Shown here: piece after piece, positions 18,181 to 28,248 of the stretch
How the letters are laid out: every line of letters starts with the position of its first letter
How positions within the stretch are numbered: the first letter of the stretch is position 1
NCBI GenBank assembly: GCA_963741955.1
Contig: CAVUKB010000006.1
Location: 64,001 to 128,000 of the forward strand
Direction of reading: 5' to 3'
DNA from: an uncultured Acidobacteriota bacterium
GTDB taxonomy: Bacteria; Acidobacteriota; Thermoanaerobaculia; Gp7-AA8
DNA length: 64,000 bases
The notes under the pieces: generated by a model
Told to the model about the DNA's origin: nothing
Database searches by the model: none
The model's input: the letters and a program-made list of their open reading frames with translations, nothing else
Translations under genes and position numbers: made by a program

Positions 18181-19506
18181 TCAGAAACGGGTGACGATCG
18201 AGACTGATCCGACTTTGTAACGGTCGGACGTTTCGTATGCCGCATCCACCTGGAACCGCGGCCAGGCGAGACCGAAACCGACCGAGTAATGATTCTCGTC
18301 CTGTCCGCCCGGGAAGATGATCGCCGCCGCGACCTGCTCGGCACTCTGGAGAGGTCCGGAGTACTTCATCTGGTGCGCAGGGTCACGCCACCAGCCGGCA
18401 CGAACCGCGAACGGGATCTTCGTCGCGAAGAAGTACTCTCCCCCCACGTGCACCTCGGTGGCATCGTCCATCTTGAAGTCCTTACCTTGAAGCTGCGGAT
18501 CGGGATTGATGACCACCATGTCGTCGACCAGGTTCGAATACATCACGTCGTCGACGTCGACGTTGATGGTCAGCACCGGGATGGGCCGGTACGAGATTCC
18601 GACTCCGGCGATGTCGGGAACATGGAACATCGGATTCGCGAAATGCTGGAATCCGTTGCTCGTGGTGAGGTCCGCGAACGAGAGGTCCGTCTTGAAGGAC
18701 GGCCCCTGCTTGTAGACTCCGCCCAGGCTGAACCGGTCGCTCGGCGCCCATTTGAATCCGCCGGTGAACGTGGTGTCGTGCTCATCCTTCGCCTGCTGCG
18801 CGATGATCGAGAGGAGATTTCCGTTCGGATCGGCGCGGAGAGTGAGCGCGGTCTCGTTGAATTTCTGGTAGCGACCCGCGACGCCGAGGGAGAGATTCCC
18901 CATCTTCCACGCCAGGGCCACACCAGCAGTTTTCATGCTGACGTCGACCACACTGCCGAATGGATTGAGGTTGTACTCCAGACAGTCGGCTCCGAGGTTC
19001 GCGCACTGGTCCGAGCTGACCGGACCGTTCGGTCCGAGATAGAACGTCACCGGATTCAGATCCGTGAACGCCGACGACGCGGTCTCCAGGAGGATCTGGT
19101 AATCGAGCGGCTGATGGTAGTAGCCGGCCACGGCGAAGTTCCCCATCGGCAGGACGATCGACGCGAACGAGAGCTGCGCCCGACGGCTGTAGTTGTTGAA
19201 GTCTTCGGTGGTCAGCGCGTCGGGATAAACACCGCCGGTGGTGAACGTCTGGACGTTCTCGTAGTTCCGTCCTTCGACCGAGATCTCCGGACGCCGGAGG
19301 ATGGTGAGACCGGCGGGATTCGCTTCCGCCGCTGACGCGTCGTCGGCCAGCCCGAGGAATGCACCTCCCATTGCGAGTGAACGCGCGCCCGGATTCGCGA
19401 AGTTGAACTGAACTCCGGAGAGAGCCTCCATGTCCGTGTTCTGCGCGAGGGCCGCCGTTGCGGCGAGCAGAAGAAGTGTCGAGACGAGTACCAGGACTCT
19501 ACGCAT
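18181..19506 (-). CDS. Outer-membrane beta-barrel, FadL/OmpP1/PorV-like family
   Basis: Signal peptide, GARSLAMGGAF.GLADDASAAEANPAGL hatch motif, C-terminal Phe. Confidence 0.85.
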   Translation of the reverse strand: MRRVLVLVSTLLLLAATAALAQNTDMEALSGVQFNFANPGARSLAMGGAFLGLADDASAAEANPAGLTILRRPEISVEGRNYENVQTFTTGGVYPDALTTEDFNNYSRRAQLSFASIVLPMGNFAVAGYYHQPLDYQILLETASSAFTDLNPVTFYLGPNGPVSSDQCANLGADCLEYNLNPFGSVVDVSMKTAGVALAWKMGNLSLGVAGRYQKFNETALTLRADPNGNLLSIIAQQAKDEHDTTFTGGFKWAPSDRFSLGGVYKQGPSFKTDLSFADLTTSNGFQHFANPMFHVPDIAGVGISYRPIPVLTINVDVDDVMYSNLVDDMVVINPDPQLQGKDFKMDDATEVHVGGEYFFATKIPFAVRAGWWRDPAHQMKYSGPLQSAEQVAAAIIFPGGQDENHYSVGFGLAWPRFQVDAAYETSDRYKVGSVSIVTRF

Positions 19507-19621
19507 ACCCATGCCTCCCATCGACTCCGTCCGGAGTCGCGATTCGTTGTTCTGCGTTGTCGATTCGGACCCGCCAAGTCTAGATTTGAGCCGTGCGGCA
19601 GTCAAGACGAGGAAAGGCAAT

Positions 19622-20021
19622 TGAAAGGCATCGAGGATCGAGGATCGAGGATCGAGGATCGAGGATCGAGGATCGAGGATCGAGGATCGAGGATCGAGGA
19701 TCGAGGATCGAGGATCTGGGATCGAGGATCGAGGATCGAGGATCTGGGATCGAGGATCGAGGATCGAGGATCTGGGATCGAGGATCGAGGATCGAGGATC
19801 GAGGATCGAGGATCGAGGATCGAGGATCGAGGATCGAGGATCGAGGATCGAGGATCGAGGATCGAGGATCGAGGATCGAGGATCGAGGATCGAGGATCGA
19901 GGATCGAGGATCGAGGATCGAGGATCGAGGATCGAGGATCGAGGATCGAGGATCGAGGATCGAGGATCTGGGATCTGGGATCTGGGATCTGGGATCTGAA
20001 AAGCATCACGGATCGTGGATC
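19622..20021 (+). repeat. Heptamer tandem array (GATCGAG)n, about 50 units with GATCTGG variants, bracketed by TGAAAGGCA-type motifs
   Basis: Directly visible in the sequence. Confidence 0.95.
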
Positions 20022-20035
20022 GGGGACCCGATAGG

Positions 20036-20067
20036 GGGGTCCGGGGTCCGGGGTCCGGGGTCCGGGG
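20036..20067 (+). repeat. (GGGGTCC)4 heptamer tandem repeat
   Basis: Directly visible. Confidence 0.8.
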
Positions 20068-20139
20068 CCGAAGCTCACAGTTGTGATCAGGCTGCGATCC
20101 GCAGTCTCGTCCGGAATCTCTCGGACCGTCTCAACTGCC

Positions 20140-20383
20140 GATGCCGTTCAGATCCTCGATCATGGATCCTCGATGTCTCTCAGATCCTCGATCCTCGATC
20201 CTCGATGTCTTTCAGATCCTCGATCCTCGATGTCTTTCAGATCCTCGATCCTCGATGCCTTTCAGATCCTCGATCCTCGATGCCTTTCAGATCCTCGATC
20301 CTCGATGTCTTTCAGATCCTCGATCCTCGATCCTAGATCCTAGATGTCTTTCAGATCCTCGATCCTCGATCCCAGATGCCTTT
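20140..20383 (-). repeat. Two-tier array of TGAAAGGCA/TGAAAGACA(TCGAGGA)2-4 units in reverse orientation, ending at the proS stop
   Basis: Repeated GATGCCTTTCAGATCCTCGATCCTC on the + strand. Confidence 0.9.
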
Positions 20384-22102
20384 CTAGCCGCCGAGGCGTT
20401 GGGATTCGACCAGTTCGATGATTGCCTTGACCACCGCCCCCGGCTCGCCGACCTGCTTCTCGCGATCGCGGCGGAGGCTCCATTCGATGTTCCCCTCCGC
20501 GAGGCTCCGGGCTCCGATCACGATGCGGACAGGAAAACCGATCAGGTCCGCATCTGTCAGTTTGACCCCCGCGCGCTCGTCGCGATCGTCGTAGATCACT
20601 TCGATCCCGGAGGCGAGCAGTTGTGCATAGACCTGCTCAGCAGCGCGGGCCACCGATTCGTCCTTTCCGAGAGTGGTGATCACCACTTCGAACGGAGCGA
20701 TCGGGATCGGCCAGATGATTCCCTTTTCATCGAAATTCTGTTCGATTGCCGCGGCCACGGTCCGGCCGATGCCGAGCCCGTAGCAGCCCATGATCATCGA
20801 GCGCCGCTCGCCGCTCTCGTCGAGATAGACGCAGTTCATCGCATCGGAGTACTTCGTCCCGAGCTTGAAGATGTGGCCCACTTCGATTCCGCGATACGTC
20901 TCGAGAGGCGTGCCGCAGTGCGCGCAGGGATCTCCCGCGGTGACGAGAGTGAAGTCGTCGAACTCGGAGATGTCGACGTCGCGCCCACGCTCGACGTTGC
21001 GGAGATGCTGATCCCGCCGGTTGGCGCCGACGACCCATTGGTGCATCGGCTCGAGCGAGCGATCGGCGATGACCCGGGTGATCTTCGTTCCGACCGGCCC
21101 GCAGAAGCCGGCCGGTCCGCCGACGACGTCCTCGAAATGCTCGTCGGGAACGAAGGAGAGCTCCTGGACGTCGAGGAAGTTCCGGATCTTCACCTCGTTC
21201 GCTTCCCGGTCTCCGCGGACGAGGACCATCACCGGTCCCTTCTCGGTCTGGTAGACCAGCGTCTTGACCAGCTTCGAAGTGGGGATGTCGAGAAACTTCG
21301 ACACGTCGTCGATCGACTTGGTGTCCGGTGTGTCGATGAATTCCATCGGGGTCGAAGAGCCCTTCTCCGGCTCGGTCGAGTAGAACCCGGAGACGGCCTT
21401 CTCCACATTCGCGCCGTAGCCACATGTGGCGCAGCGGACGACCGCGTCCTCACCCGACTGGGCGAGAACCATGAACTCGTGGGAGTGGGATCCGCCGATC
21501 GCTCCGGTGTCGGCTTCCACCATCACGTGATCGAGTCCGCAGCGGCGGAAGATCGCGTTGTAGGCGTCGCGCATCGCGTCGTAGGTTTCGGCGAGCGACT
21601 CCCAGCTGGTGTGAAAGGAGTACGCGTCTTTCATGATGAATTCGCGCCCGCGCATCAAACCGAAACGCGGACGGACTTCGTCACGGAATTTGGTCTGGAT
21701 CTGATAGAGAGTCGTCGGCAGCTGACGATAGGAGGAGATGGCGTCGCGCACCGTCTCCGTGATCACCTCTTCGTGGGTCGGTCCGAAGACGAAATCACGA
21801 TCGTGCCGGTCCTTGATCCGGAGGAGCTCACGCCCGTACTGGTACCAGCGCTTCGATTCCATCCAGAGCTCGGCCGGCTGTACCGCCGGCATCAGGAGCT
21901 CGACCGCGCCCGCCCGGTTCATCTCCGTACGGACGATCTGTTCGAGCTTCTGGATCGAGCGAAGCCCCAGAGGAAGATACGTATAAATCCCTGCGGCGAC
22001 CTTCCGGATCATTCCGGCGCGGGCCATCAGCTTCTGGCTGACCACGTCGGCGTCCGCAGGCTCCTCGCGGAGGGTGTTGATGAAATATCGATTCCAGCGC
22101 AT
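20384..22102 (-). CDS. proS: Proline--tRNA ligase (bacterial type with editing insertion)
   Basis: GPTHEEVIT, QTKFRDEVRPRFGLMRGREFIMKDAYSF, GIEVGHIFKLGTKYS, MGCYGLGIGR. Confidence 0.98.
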   Translation of the reverse strand: MRWNRYFINTLREEPADADVVSQKLMARAGMIRKVAAGIYTYLPLGLRSIQKLEQIVRTEMNRAGAVELLMPAVQPAELWMESKRWYQYGRELLRIKDRHDRDFVFGPTHEEVITETVRDAISSYRQLPTTLYQIQTKFRDEVRPRFGLMRGREFIMKDAYSFHTSWESLAETYDAMRDAYNAIFRRCGLDHVMVEADTGAIGGSHSHEFMVLAQSGEDAVVRCATCGYGANVEKAVSGFYSTEPEKGSSTPMEFIDTPDTKSIDDVSKFLDIPTSKLVKTLVYQTEKGPVMVLVRGDREANEVKIRNFLDVQELSFVPDEHFEDVVGGPAGFCGPVGTKITRVIADRSLEPMHQWVVGANRRDQHLRNVERGRDVDISEFDDFTLVTAGDPCAHCGTPLETYRGIEVGHIFKLGTKYSDAMNCVYLDESGERRSMIMGCYGLGIGRTVAAAIEQNFDEKGIIWPIPIAPFEVVITTLGKDESVARAAEQVYAQLLASGIEVIYDDRDERAGVKLTDADLIGFPVRIVIGARSLAEGNIEWSLRRDREKQVGEPGAVVKAIIELVESQRLGG

Positions 22103-22222
22103 GGCTTGCTACCCGGTAAGGACGGATTTCCCGCCGCGGTCGCGGCGGAAGCGCCGCATTCTAACAGTTTCCCGTCTTCCCGGCGGGAACGGGCGGTTTC
22201 AATTCCGGAAAGGAGTGTTCTG

Positions 22223-22717
22223 GTGATCGAAGGGGGGCTCGAAGAGAAGACGCTGGTGTTCGACCGCACGCCGATCGGGCGGCTGGTCTCCTGCGCCGCT
22301 GCCTTCGGAGCCGCCGCCCTCTTCTTCCAGTACCTCGGCGCGGGCCTGGAGAACGTCGAGCCACTCCCTCTGGCAGGGCTCGGGTTCCTTCTGATCGGGA
22401 CGATCCTCGCGGCACTTCTTCAGTACGGGGACCACATCTACATCGGTCCGGAAGGGCTCCTCTACGAGAATCGATGGGTGCGGCTGGTCGGGCGCCGCGC
22501 CGCGTGGATCCGCTGGGAAGAGGTGGTGGAGATCCGCGAGATCCGTCGCAAGATCCTGGTGCTTTTCTCGCGCGACGGCCGCCGCGTCTTCGTCGATGCC
22601 ATCAACGGCTATCGCTTCGCCCGGGCCGAGATCCTCCGGCGGGCACCGCACGCCGCAATCACCGGAACGCTGGAGCGCCGCGACCGGGAAGAAATGCATC
22701 GTGGATCGAGGATCTGA
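22223..22717 (+). CDS. Small membrane protein (2 TM plus bacterial PH-like tail)
   Basis: AAGGAG RBS before GTG; two hydrophobic helices then IRWEEVVEIRE; stop codon lies inside the repeat array. Confidence 0.7.
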   Translation: MIEGGLEEKTLVFDRTPIGRLVSCAAAFGAAALFFQYLGAGLENVEPLPLAGLGFLLIGTILAALLQYGDHIYIGPEGLLYENRWVRLVGRRAAWIRWEEVVEIREIRRKILVLFSRDGRRVFVDAINGYRFARAEILRRAPHAAITGTLERRDREEMHRGSRI

Positions 22718-22906
22718 AAGGCATCGAGGATCGAGGATCGTGGATCGCGGATCTGAAAGGCATCGCGGATCTGAAAAGCATCGCGGATCGCGGATCGTGG
22801 ATCGAGGATCTGAAAGGCATCGAGGATCGCGGATCGAGGATCTGAAAGGCATCGCGGATCGCGGATCGCGGATCTGAGAGGCATCGTGGATCGTCGATCG
22901 GAGATC
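22691..22906 (+). repeat. Two-tier TGAAAGGCA(TCG[AC]GGA)n array
   Basis: Repeated CTGAAAGGCATCGAGGATCG units with GATCGCG/GATCGTG variants. Confidence 0.9.
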
Positions 22907-23010
22907 CGACAGAGGTCGAAGAGAGTGATGCGAATATTCGGGACCGGTGCGCTGCTCACGACCATTCCATCCCCTGAACCGATATCATGCGCACGACGGA
23001 GGAGAGAGCA

Positions 23011-23457
23011 ATGCCGACGCTGACTGAACGGATCCGTACCGATCTGACCTCTTCCATGAAGGCCCGCGATGCCGCGCGCACGTCGACTCTGCGGATGGTG
23101 CAGGCGGCTCTGAAGAACGAGCAGATCGACAAAGGCCACGAGCTCACGGACGAGGAAGCGACTGCAGTGGTCGCACGTGCAGTCAAGCAGCGTCAGGACT
23201 CGATCGAGCAGTACCGGAAGGGAGGTCGCGAGGATCTCGCCGCGAGGGAGGAAGCGGAGATCGCGATGCTGCAGGATTATCTCCCGCAGCAGCTCTCCGA
23301 GACCGAGGTGGAAGCGATCGTGGATCAGACGATCGCCAGCACCGGGGCCACCTCGAAGAAGGACACCGGCAAAGTGATGAAGGAGATCATGGCGTCTCAT
23401 CGCGGCACGGTCGACGGAAGAATGGTGCAGGAGATTCTCGCGAAGAAGCTGACGTAG
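23011..23457 (+). CDS. GatB/YqeY domain protein
   Basis: MKARD..R.STLRM, KQRQDSIEQY.KGGREDLA..E..EI..L..YLP.QL, GKVM. Confidence 0.93.
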   Translation: MPTLTERIRTDLTSSMKARDAARTSTLRMVQAALKNEQIDKGHELTDEEATAVVARAVKQRQDSIEQYRKGGREDLAAREEAEIAMLQDYLPQQLSETEVEAIVDQTIASTGATSKKDTGKVMKEIMASHRGTVDGRMVQEILAKKLT

Positions 23458-23590
23458 CTGACAGCCCCTCCCCATCGCGACCGGGACAAAGCTCGGACCC
23501 AGGATGACCCAGGAGTCTGAGCGCACACCACGCCACTCGCGCCGGACTGCAAGTCCGCACTCCTCCGGGTTCAGTCCCGATCCCCGACTG

Positions 23591-23730
23591 TCGATGCCTT
23601 TCAGATCCTCGATCCTCGATTCTCGATCCTCGATTCTCGATCCTCGATCCTCGATCCTCGATCCTCGATCCTCGATGCCTTTCAGATCCTCGATCCTCGA
23701 TCCTCGATCCTCGATGCTTCTCAGATGCCT
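23591..23730 (-). repeat. Two-tier (GATCGAG)n array, reverse orientation
   Basis: GATGCCTTTCAGATCCTCGATCCTC units on the + strand. Confidence 0.9.
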
Positions 23731-23752
23731 CATGCTATTCTCCGTCGCCGGA

Positions 23753-24334
23753 ATGAATGACAGCTTCGATCTCGCCGCACTCCTCGAGTCCACCGGGGCC
23801 CTTCTCACCGGGCATTTCCGGCTCTCATCCGGGCTGCACAGTCCGAATTACGTCCAGTGCGCGAAGCTGCTCGAGCATCCCCGCAACGCCGCGGCGATCG
23901 GCCGCGCACTCGCCGCGATGATCGCACCGCTGAAGCCGGAGAAGATCGTCGCTCCCGCGATGGGAGGAGTGGTGATCGGGTACGCCGTTGCGGAAGCACT
24001 CGATCTTCCGATGATCTTCACCGAACGGAAGGACGGCGTCATGTCGCTCCGGCGGGGCTTTTCGGTCACCGGGGGAGAGCGGCTCGTGGTGGTCGAGGAT
24101 GTCGTCACCACCGGAAAATCGACTCGGGAGACCGTAGAGGTCGTCGAGTCGCTCGGTGGTGAGGTCATCGGTTTTGCATCCATCCTCAACCGGAGCGGGC
24201 GCGAGAATCCGTTCGACCGTCCTTACGTTACTCTGATGGCGCTCGGTCTCGAGACGCACCCGCCGGATGCATGTCCTCACTGCCGGCGCGGTGAGGCGCT
24301 CGATGCTCCGGGGAGCCGTTTCACGAATCGATGA
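23753..24334 (+). CDS. pyrE: Orotate phosphoribosyltransferase
   Basis: GHFRLSSGLHSPNYVQC and PRPP motif VVVEDVVTTGKS. Confidence 0.95.
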   Translation: MNDSFDLAALLESTGALLTGHFRLSSGLHSPNYVQCAKLLEHPRNAAAIGRALAAMIAPLKPEKIVAPAMGGVVIGYAVAEALDLPMIFTERKDGVMSLRRGFSVTGGERLVVVEDVVTTGKSTRETVEVVESLGGEVIGFASILNRSGRENPFDRPYVTLMALGLETHPPDACPHCRRGEALDAPGSRFTNR

Positions 24335-24825
24335 GCCAGCGAATCGCAACAGTCGGAACCGAAGAGATCGCCGTCGAGCTCCGGAAGGAGAATGGAACGG
24401 CGTACGTTCGCGCCGGCGAATCAGAGCTCGAGATCGATGTCCTCTCGATCGGGATGGACGAGGCGATGCTCAGCATCGACGGGAGACGCGTCCGGGTTCC
24501 CTTCATCCGGGAAGGAGGACGGGTCGAGCTGATGCTCGACGGGGAGGTCTGGTCCGTCGACATCGCTGCGCCGGGCCGGGGACGCCAGAGACATCGCGAA
24601 CATTCGATGTCCGCACCGATGCCGGGGATGGCCTTGAAGATCCTCGTCGCTCCCGGTGACGCGGTGAAGAAGGGAGCGCCCCTGATGATTCTCGAAGCGA
24701 TGAAGATGGAGCACCCGATCACCGCTCCCTACGACGGAACGGTCAAGGCGATCCACTGTCGGGAGGGTGAACTGGTGCAGCCGGGCGCCGACCTGATCGA
24801 GATCGAGGCGGCGGAGGAATCGTGA
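24331..24825 (+). CDS. Biotin carboxyl carrier protein of an acyl-CoA (probably 3-methylcrotonyl-CoA) carboxylase
   Basis: APMPG and EAMKM biotinylation motif; adjacent to HMG-CoA lyase. Confidence 0.88.
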   Translation: MSQRIATVGTEEIAVELRKENGTAYVRAGESELEIDVLSIGMDEAMLSIDGRRVRVPFIREGGRVELMLDGEVWSVDIAAPGRGRQRHREHSMSAPMPGMALKILVAPGDAVKKGAPLMILEAMKMEHPITAPYDGTVKAIHCREGELVQPGADLIEIEAAEES

Positions 24826-25757
24826 AGCTGGACGTCGAGAGAGTCCGCATCGTGGAGGTCGGCCCCCGCGACGGCCTGCAGAACGAGAGAGTGGTCATCC
24901 CCACCGAGGCGAAGGTGGCGATGATCGATGCACTGACGGATGCCGGACTGCAGGTGATCGAGGCCGGCGCGTTCGTCCATCCGAAATGGGTTCCGCAGAT
25001 GGCCGATACCGCAGAGGTGTACCGGGCGATCCGGAAAGCGCCCGGAGTCGACTACCCCGTCCTCGTACCGAACATGAAAGGGCTCGATCGGGCGCTCGAG
25101 AACGAAGTCGAGTCGATCGCCATATTCACCGCGGCCTCGGATACGTTCAACAAACGCAACATCAACATGTCCATCGACGAGTCGTTCGAGAACTACGCCC
25201 CGGTTGCGCGCCGCGCGTTGCAGGAAGGGATGAAGTTGCGCGGCTACGTCTCGTGTGCGTGCGGCTGCCCGTACGAAGGGATGGTCGAGCCCGAGCGGGT
25301 TCTGGAAGTGACGGCGCGTCTTCTCGATCTCGGCTGCTACGAAGTCTCGATCGGCGACACCATCGGGGTCGGCACGCCGATGCAGGTGCAGGGCCTCACC
25401 GGGCTTCTCCTTCAGGTGATTCCCGCATCACGTCTCGCGATGCACTTCCACGACACGCGAGGGATGGCGGTTGCGAACACCCTCGCCGCGCTCGAAGCGG
25501 GGATCACCACGTTCGACGCCTCCGCAGGAGGACTCGGTGGATGTCCATTCGCGCCCGGAGCGTCGGGAAACATGGCCACCGAAGATCTGGTGTATCTGCT
25601 GGAGAGCCTCGCCATCGAGACGGGGGTCGATCTCGAGAAGCTGATCGTGGCTTCGGAGATCATCGCTCCGTACCTCGATCACCCGCTTCCGGGGCGCGTG
25701 CTGCAGGCGAGCACCCGCGGGACGCTCCGAACCGGCACGAAGAGTGTCGTACAATAA
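24822..25757 (+). CDS. hmgL: Hydroxymethylglutaryl-CoA lyase
   Basis: EVGPRDGLQNE, HFHDTRG, GGLGGCPFAPGASGN. Confidence 0.96.
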   Translation: MKLDVERVRIVEVGPRDGLQNERVVIPTEAKVAMIDALTDAGLQVIEAGAFVHPKWVPQMADTAEVYRAIRKAPGVDYPVLVPNMKGLDRALENEVESIAIFTAASDTFNKRNINMSIDESFENYAPVARRALQEGMKLRGYVSCACGCPYEGMVEPERVLEVTARLLDLGCYEVSIGDTIGVGTPMQVQGLTGLLLQVIPASRLAMHFHDTRGMAVANTLAALEAGITTFDASAGGLGGCPFAPGASGNMATEDLVYLLESLAIETGVDLEKLIVASEIIAPYLDHPLPGRVLQASTRGTLRTGTKSVVQ

Positions 25758-25765
25758 GCTCATCC

Positions 25766-26257
25766 ATGGCCCCCGATCCGCGCGCGGCGACGAGCTCGAA
25801 CGCTTCTGAGCGATCCGAAGCCCGGCCTGCGTTCGCGCGCCCGGGGTGGCGCGACGGCTGGTACGTCGTCCCGTGGGAAGTGACCTGGCGCGACGTCGAC
25901 GCGATGGGACACGTCAACAACGCCGTCTACTTCACCTACTTCGAATGGGCGCGGACGAAGTACTGGATGGCGCTGGAAGGAATCGGCGACCCGCACGACA
26001 TCGGCTTCATCGTCGCCCACGCCGCGTGCGACTTCCGCGCGGAGCTCTCGCTGCTCGAGCGAATCGAGATCCGGGTGCGGATCGGCTCCATCGGAACGAG
26101 CTCTCTCGAGTTCCAGAGTGAGATCGCCTCGGAAACTGGCGGGAAAATTGCCGCTACGGGAAGAGTGGTCGTGGTGCTCTTCGATTGGGCATCGCGAGCG
26201 AAGATCCCCGTCTCGGAAGAACTGAGGGGAAGGATCGAACGCTTTCAGAGCGCTTGA
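25766..26257 (+). CDS. Acyl-CoA thioesterase (4HBT/YbgC hotdog family)
   Basis: RDVDAMGHVNNAVYFTYFEWAR. Confidence 0.9.
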   Translation: MAPDPRAATSSNASERSEARPAFARPGWRDGWYVVPWEVTWRDVDAMGHVNNAVYFTYFEWARTKYWMALEGIGDPHDIGFIVAHAACDFRAELSLLERIEIRVRIGSIGTSSLEFQSEIASETGGKIAATGRVVVVLFDWASRAKIPVSEELRGRIERFQSA

Positions 26258-26279
26258 TCGCGCACGAGGAGGAGAGTCG

Positions 26280-27137
26280 TTGACGCAGAGTGGTCGGGTC
26301 CTGACGCATCCGGCAGCCGCGCGAAAGCGGTTCGAGGAGCTGGCGCGCCTTCCCGACGAGATGCTCGACCTGGTCGAGGCCTCACTGGTGATCGCGCTCG
26401 AAGCGTATCCCGCGCTCGACATGGAGAGGTACTTCGATCAGATCGAGGCGTGGAGTCGCGCAATCCGGGAGCGGGTGGTCGGGAGCCACGACCTGGAACG
26501 GGTGATCGAGCAGGTCAACCATCTCCTCTTCGACGAAGAAGGATTCCACGGCGAGGCGGATGACTACTACGATCCGCGGAACGCATTTCTGAACGAAGTT
26601 CTCGACCGGCACGCCGGCCTTCCGATCGCGCTCTCGATTCTCTACCTGGAGATCTCCCGCCGGATCGGCATCGAGATGCGGGGGGTCGCACTCCCCGGCC
26701 GCTTCCTGGTACGCGCCGGCGAGGGGCTGGAAGAGATCCTGGTCGATCCGTTCGACGGAGGACGTGTCCTCACCCGAAGCGAATGTCAGAGCCTGATGGA
26801 CGCGATGTACGGCGGAGCGGTGCGGCTCGGTGAGCGGCATCTCCGTCCCTCCACCCGCCACGAGATTCTTCTTCGTGTCCTTGCGCATCTCAAAGCGCTC
26901 TATCTCTCCCGTCACGACGTGGAAGGGGCGCTCGCTTCCGTCGACCGCATCCTCATCCTCGACGACCATGATCCGTGGGAACTGCGCGACCGGGGACGTC
27001 TCGCGATGCAGTCGCACCGGTACGAAGAGGCGATCGAGTTCCTCAGCCGCTACCTCGATCTCGCCCCCTCCGCCGACGACTATCGGCAGGTTGCGGACGA
27101 GATCGATTATCTGCGCAGCTGGCTGGAGCGGAACTGA
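26280..27137 (+). CDS. SirB1-family (transglutaminase-like plus TPR) protein
   Basis: DYYDPRNAFLNEVLDR..GLPIALSILY, GVALPGRFL, VDPF.GG, ELRDRG. Confidence 0.88.
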   Translation: MTQSGRVLTHPAAARKRFEELARLPDEMLDLVEASLVIALEAYPALDMERYFDQIEAWSRAIRERVVGSHDLERVIEQVNHLLFDEEGFHGEADDYYDPRNAFLNEVLDRHAGLPIALSILYLEISRRIGIEMRGVALPGRFLVRAGEGLEEILVDPFDGGRVLTRSECQSLMDAMYGGAVRLGERHLRPSTRHEILLRVLAHLKALYLSRHDVEGALASVDRILILDDHDPWELRDRGRLAMQSHRYEEAIEFLSRYLDLAPSADDYRQVADEIDYLRSWLERN

Positions 27138-27298
27138 GGTGGTACGCTGCAGGAGTGGACCGCAAAGTGAGACCGATCCAGCCGGGTTCCGCCTGCCACG
27201 AACCACGACCTCGAACCTCCAACCCCTGAGCCCACAACAGCATAACGATCTGCTAGAATGAGCCACTTCTTATTTGTGCCTACAGGAGAGCGGACCGC

Positions 27299-28000
27299 TT
27301 GATCACCGGCTTCAATACCGACATCAGGCACAACGACAGGATCTTCCACATCCAGACCGAGGACAAGGGACTCAACAATCCCTACATCGAGTCGCTCGTG
27401 TACGTGGGTGGGGAGATTCTGGCGTCCAAGAAGACTTCGTACGTCGAACACGTCAATCCCGGTGCGCCCATCGACGAGAAGCTGATCGCCAGCATGATGG
27501 AGCACCAGCACCGGACCATGATCGCCGCGATCAAACGCGGCAAGCTCGATTCGATGTCCGATGCGAACATCGCCAGAACGAAGGCGATGCCGGCGAAAAC
27601 CGTTTTTCAGCCGCAGCCGGAACCGGTCGTCGCGGACGAAGAGAAGACGCTCGATCAGGTGATCATCGATTACCTCGCGTCCGAAGCGGAGCGGGAACAC
27701 CTCGAGCTGACGCTCCACAACGTGACGGACTTCATCGCCGGTCATCCGATCGAGCTGCGTGTCGCTGCCCAGAAAAGCATCTCGCAGCAGCCGATCGCCG
27801 AAGCAGTGATCGAAGTCAAAGTCATTTCGACCGTCGAAGCTCCGCGGGTGATCTTCCGCGGGCGGACGGCCGACGACGGTACATGTCAGGTCCGCTGCAC
27901 CGTCCCCACCTTCCGCGAAGGGACCGCCGCAGTGATCATTTCGGCCCAGAGTCCCCTCGGAAATGATGAGGTCAAGCAGCTCGTCAAGCGCAGGAAATGA
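27299..28000 (+). CDS. Conserved hypothetical protein
   Basis: GGAG RBS with TTG start; N-terminal GFNTDI...FHIQTED...MEHQH segment and beta-rich C-terminus; overlaps the thiS start. Confidence 0.75.
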   Translation: MITGFNTDIRHNDRIFHIQTEDKGLNNPYIESLVYVGGEILASKKTSYVEHVNPGAPIDEKLIASMMEHQHRTMIAAIKRGKLDSMSDANIARTKAMPAKTVFQPQPEPVVADEEKTLDQVIIDYLASEAEREHLELTLHNVTDFIAGHPIELRVAAQKSISQQPIAEAVIEVKVISTVEAPRVIFRGRTADDGTCQVRCTVPTFREGTAAVIISAQSPLGNDEVKQLVKRRK

Positions 28001-28209
28001 GTGAATCCCTGAACATTCAGCTCAACGGTCAGCCCCGCGAGGTTCCGGCCGGCTCGACCCTAGGCGATCTGATCTCGGAGCTCGGTGTCGACGTGAACCT
28101 CCTCGCGGTCGAGCTCAACCAGAAGATCGTCCCTCGAAGCGAGCTTTCCGGGCGGGGTATCTCGGAGGGTGACCAGATCGAGATCGTCGAATTCGTCGGC
28201 GGTGGATGA
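27997..28209 (+). CDS. thiS: Sulfur carrier protein ThiS
   Basis: 70 aa, LNG, AVELN..IVPR, EIVEFVGGG C-terminus. Confidence 0.93.
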   Translation: MSESLNIQLNGQPREVPAGSTLGDLISELGVDVNLLAVELNQKIVPRSELSGRGISEGDQIEIVEFVGGG

Positions 28210-28248
28210 TCCGGGCCTGATTCCTGCTCACCGGAGCTGGCCGGAAGG

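Noticed and set aside
19593-20343. ORFs encoding (IEDRGSR)n / (SSILDPR)n repeat proteins, also at 22199-22877 and 23504-23750
   Set aside because: A stop-free heptamer gives the same 7-aa repeat in all frames on both strands; no RBS or non-repeat domain, so treated as translation artifacts.
20140-20383. Possible CRISPR array (25-bp units containing GAAA)
   Set aside because: No unique spacers; the intervening sequence is itself heptamer repeat; no cas genes in the window.
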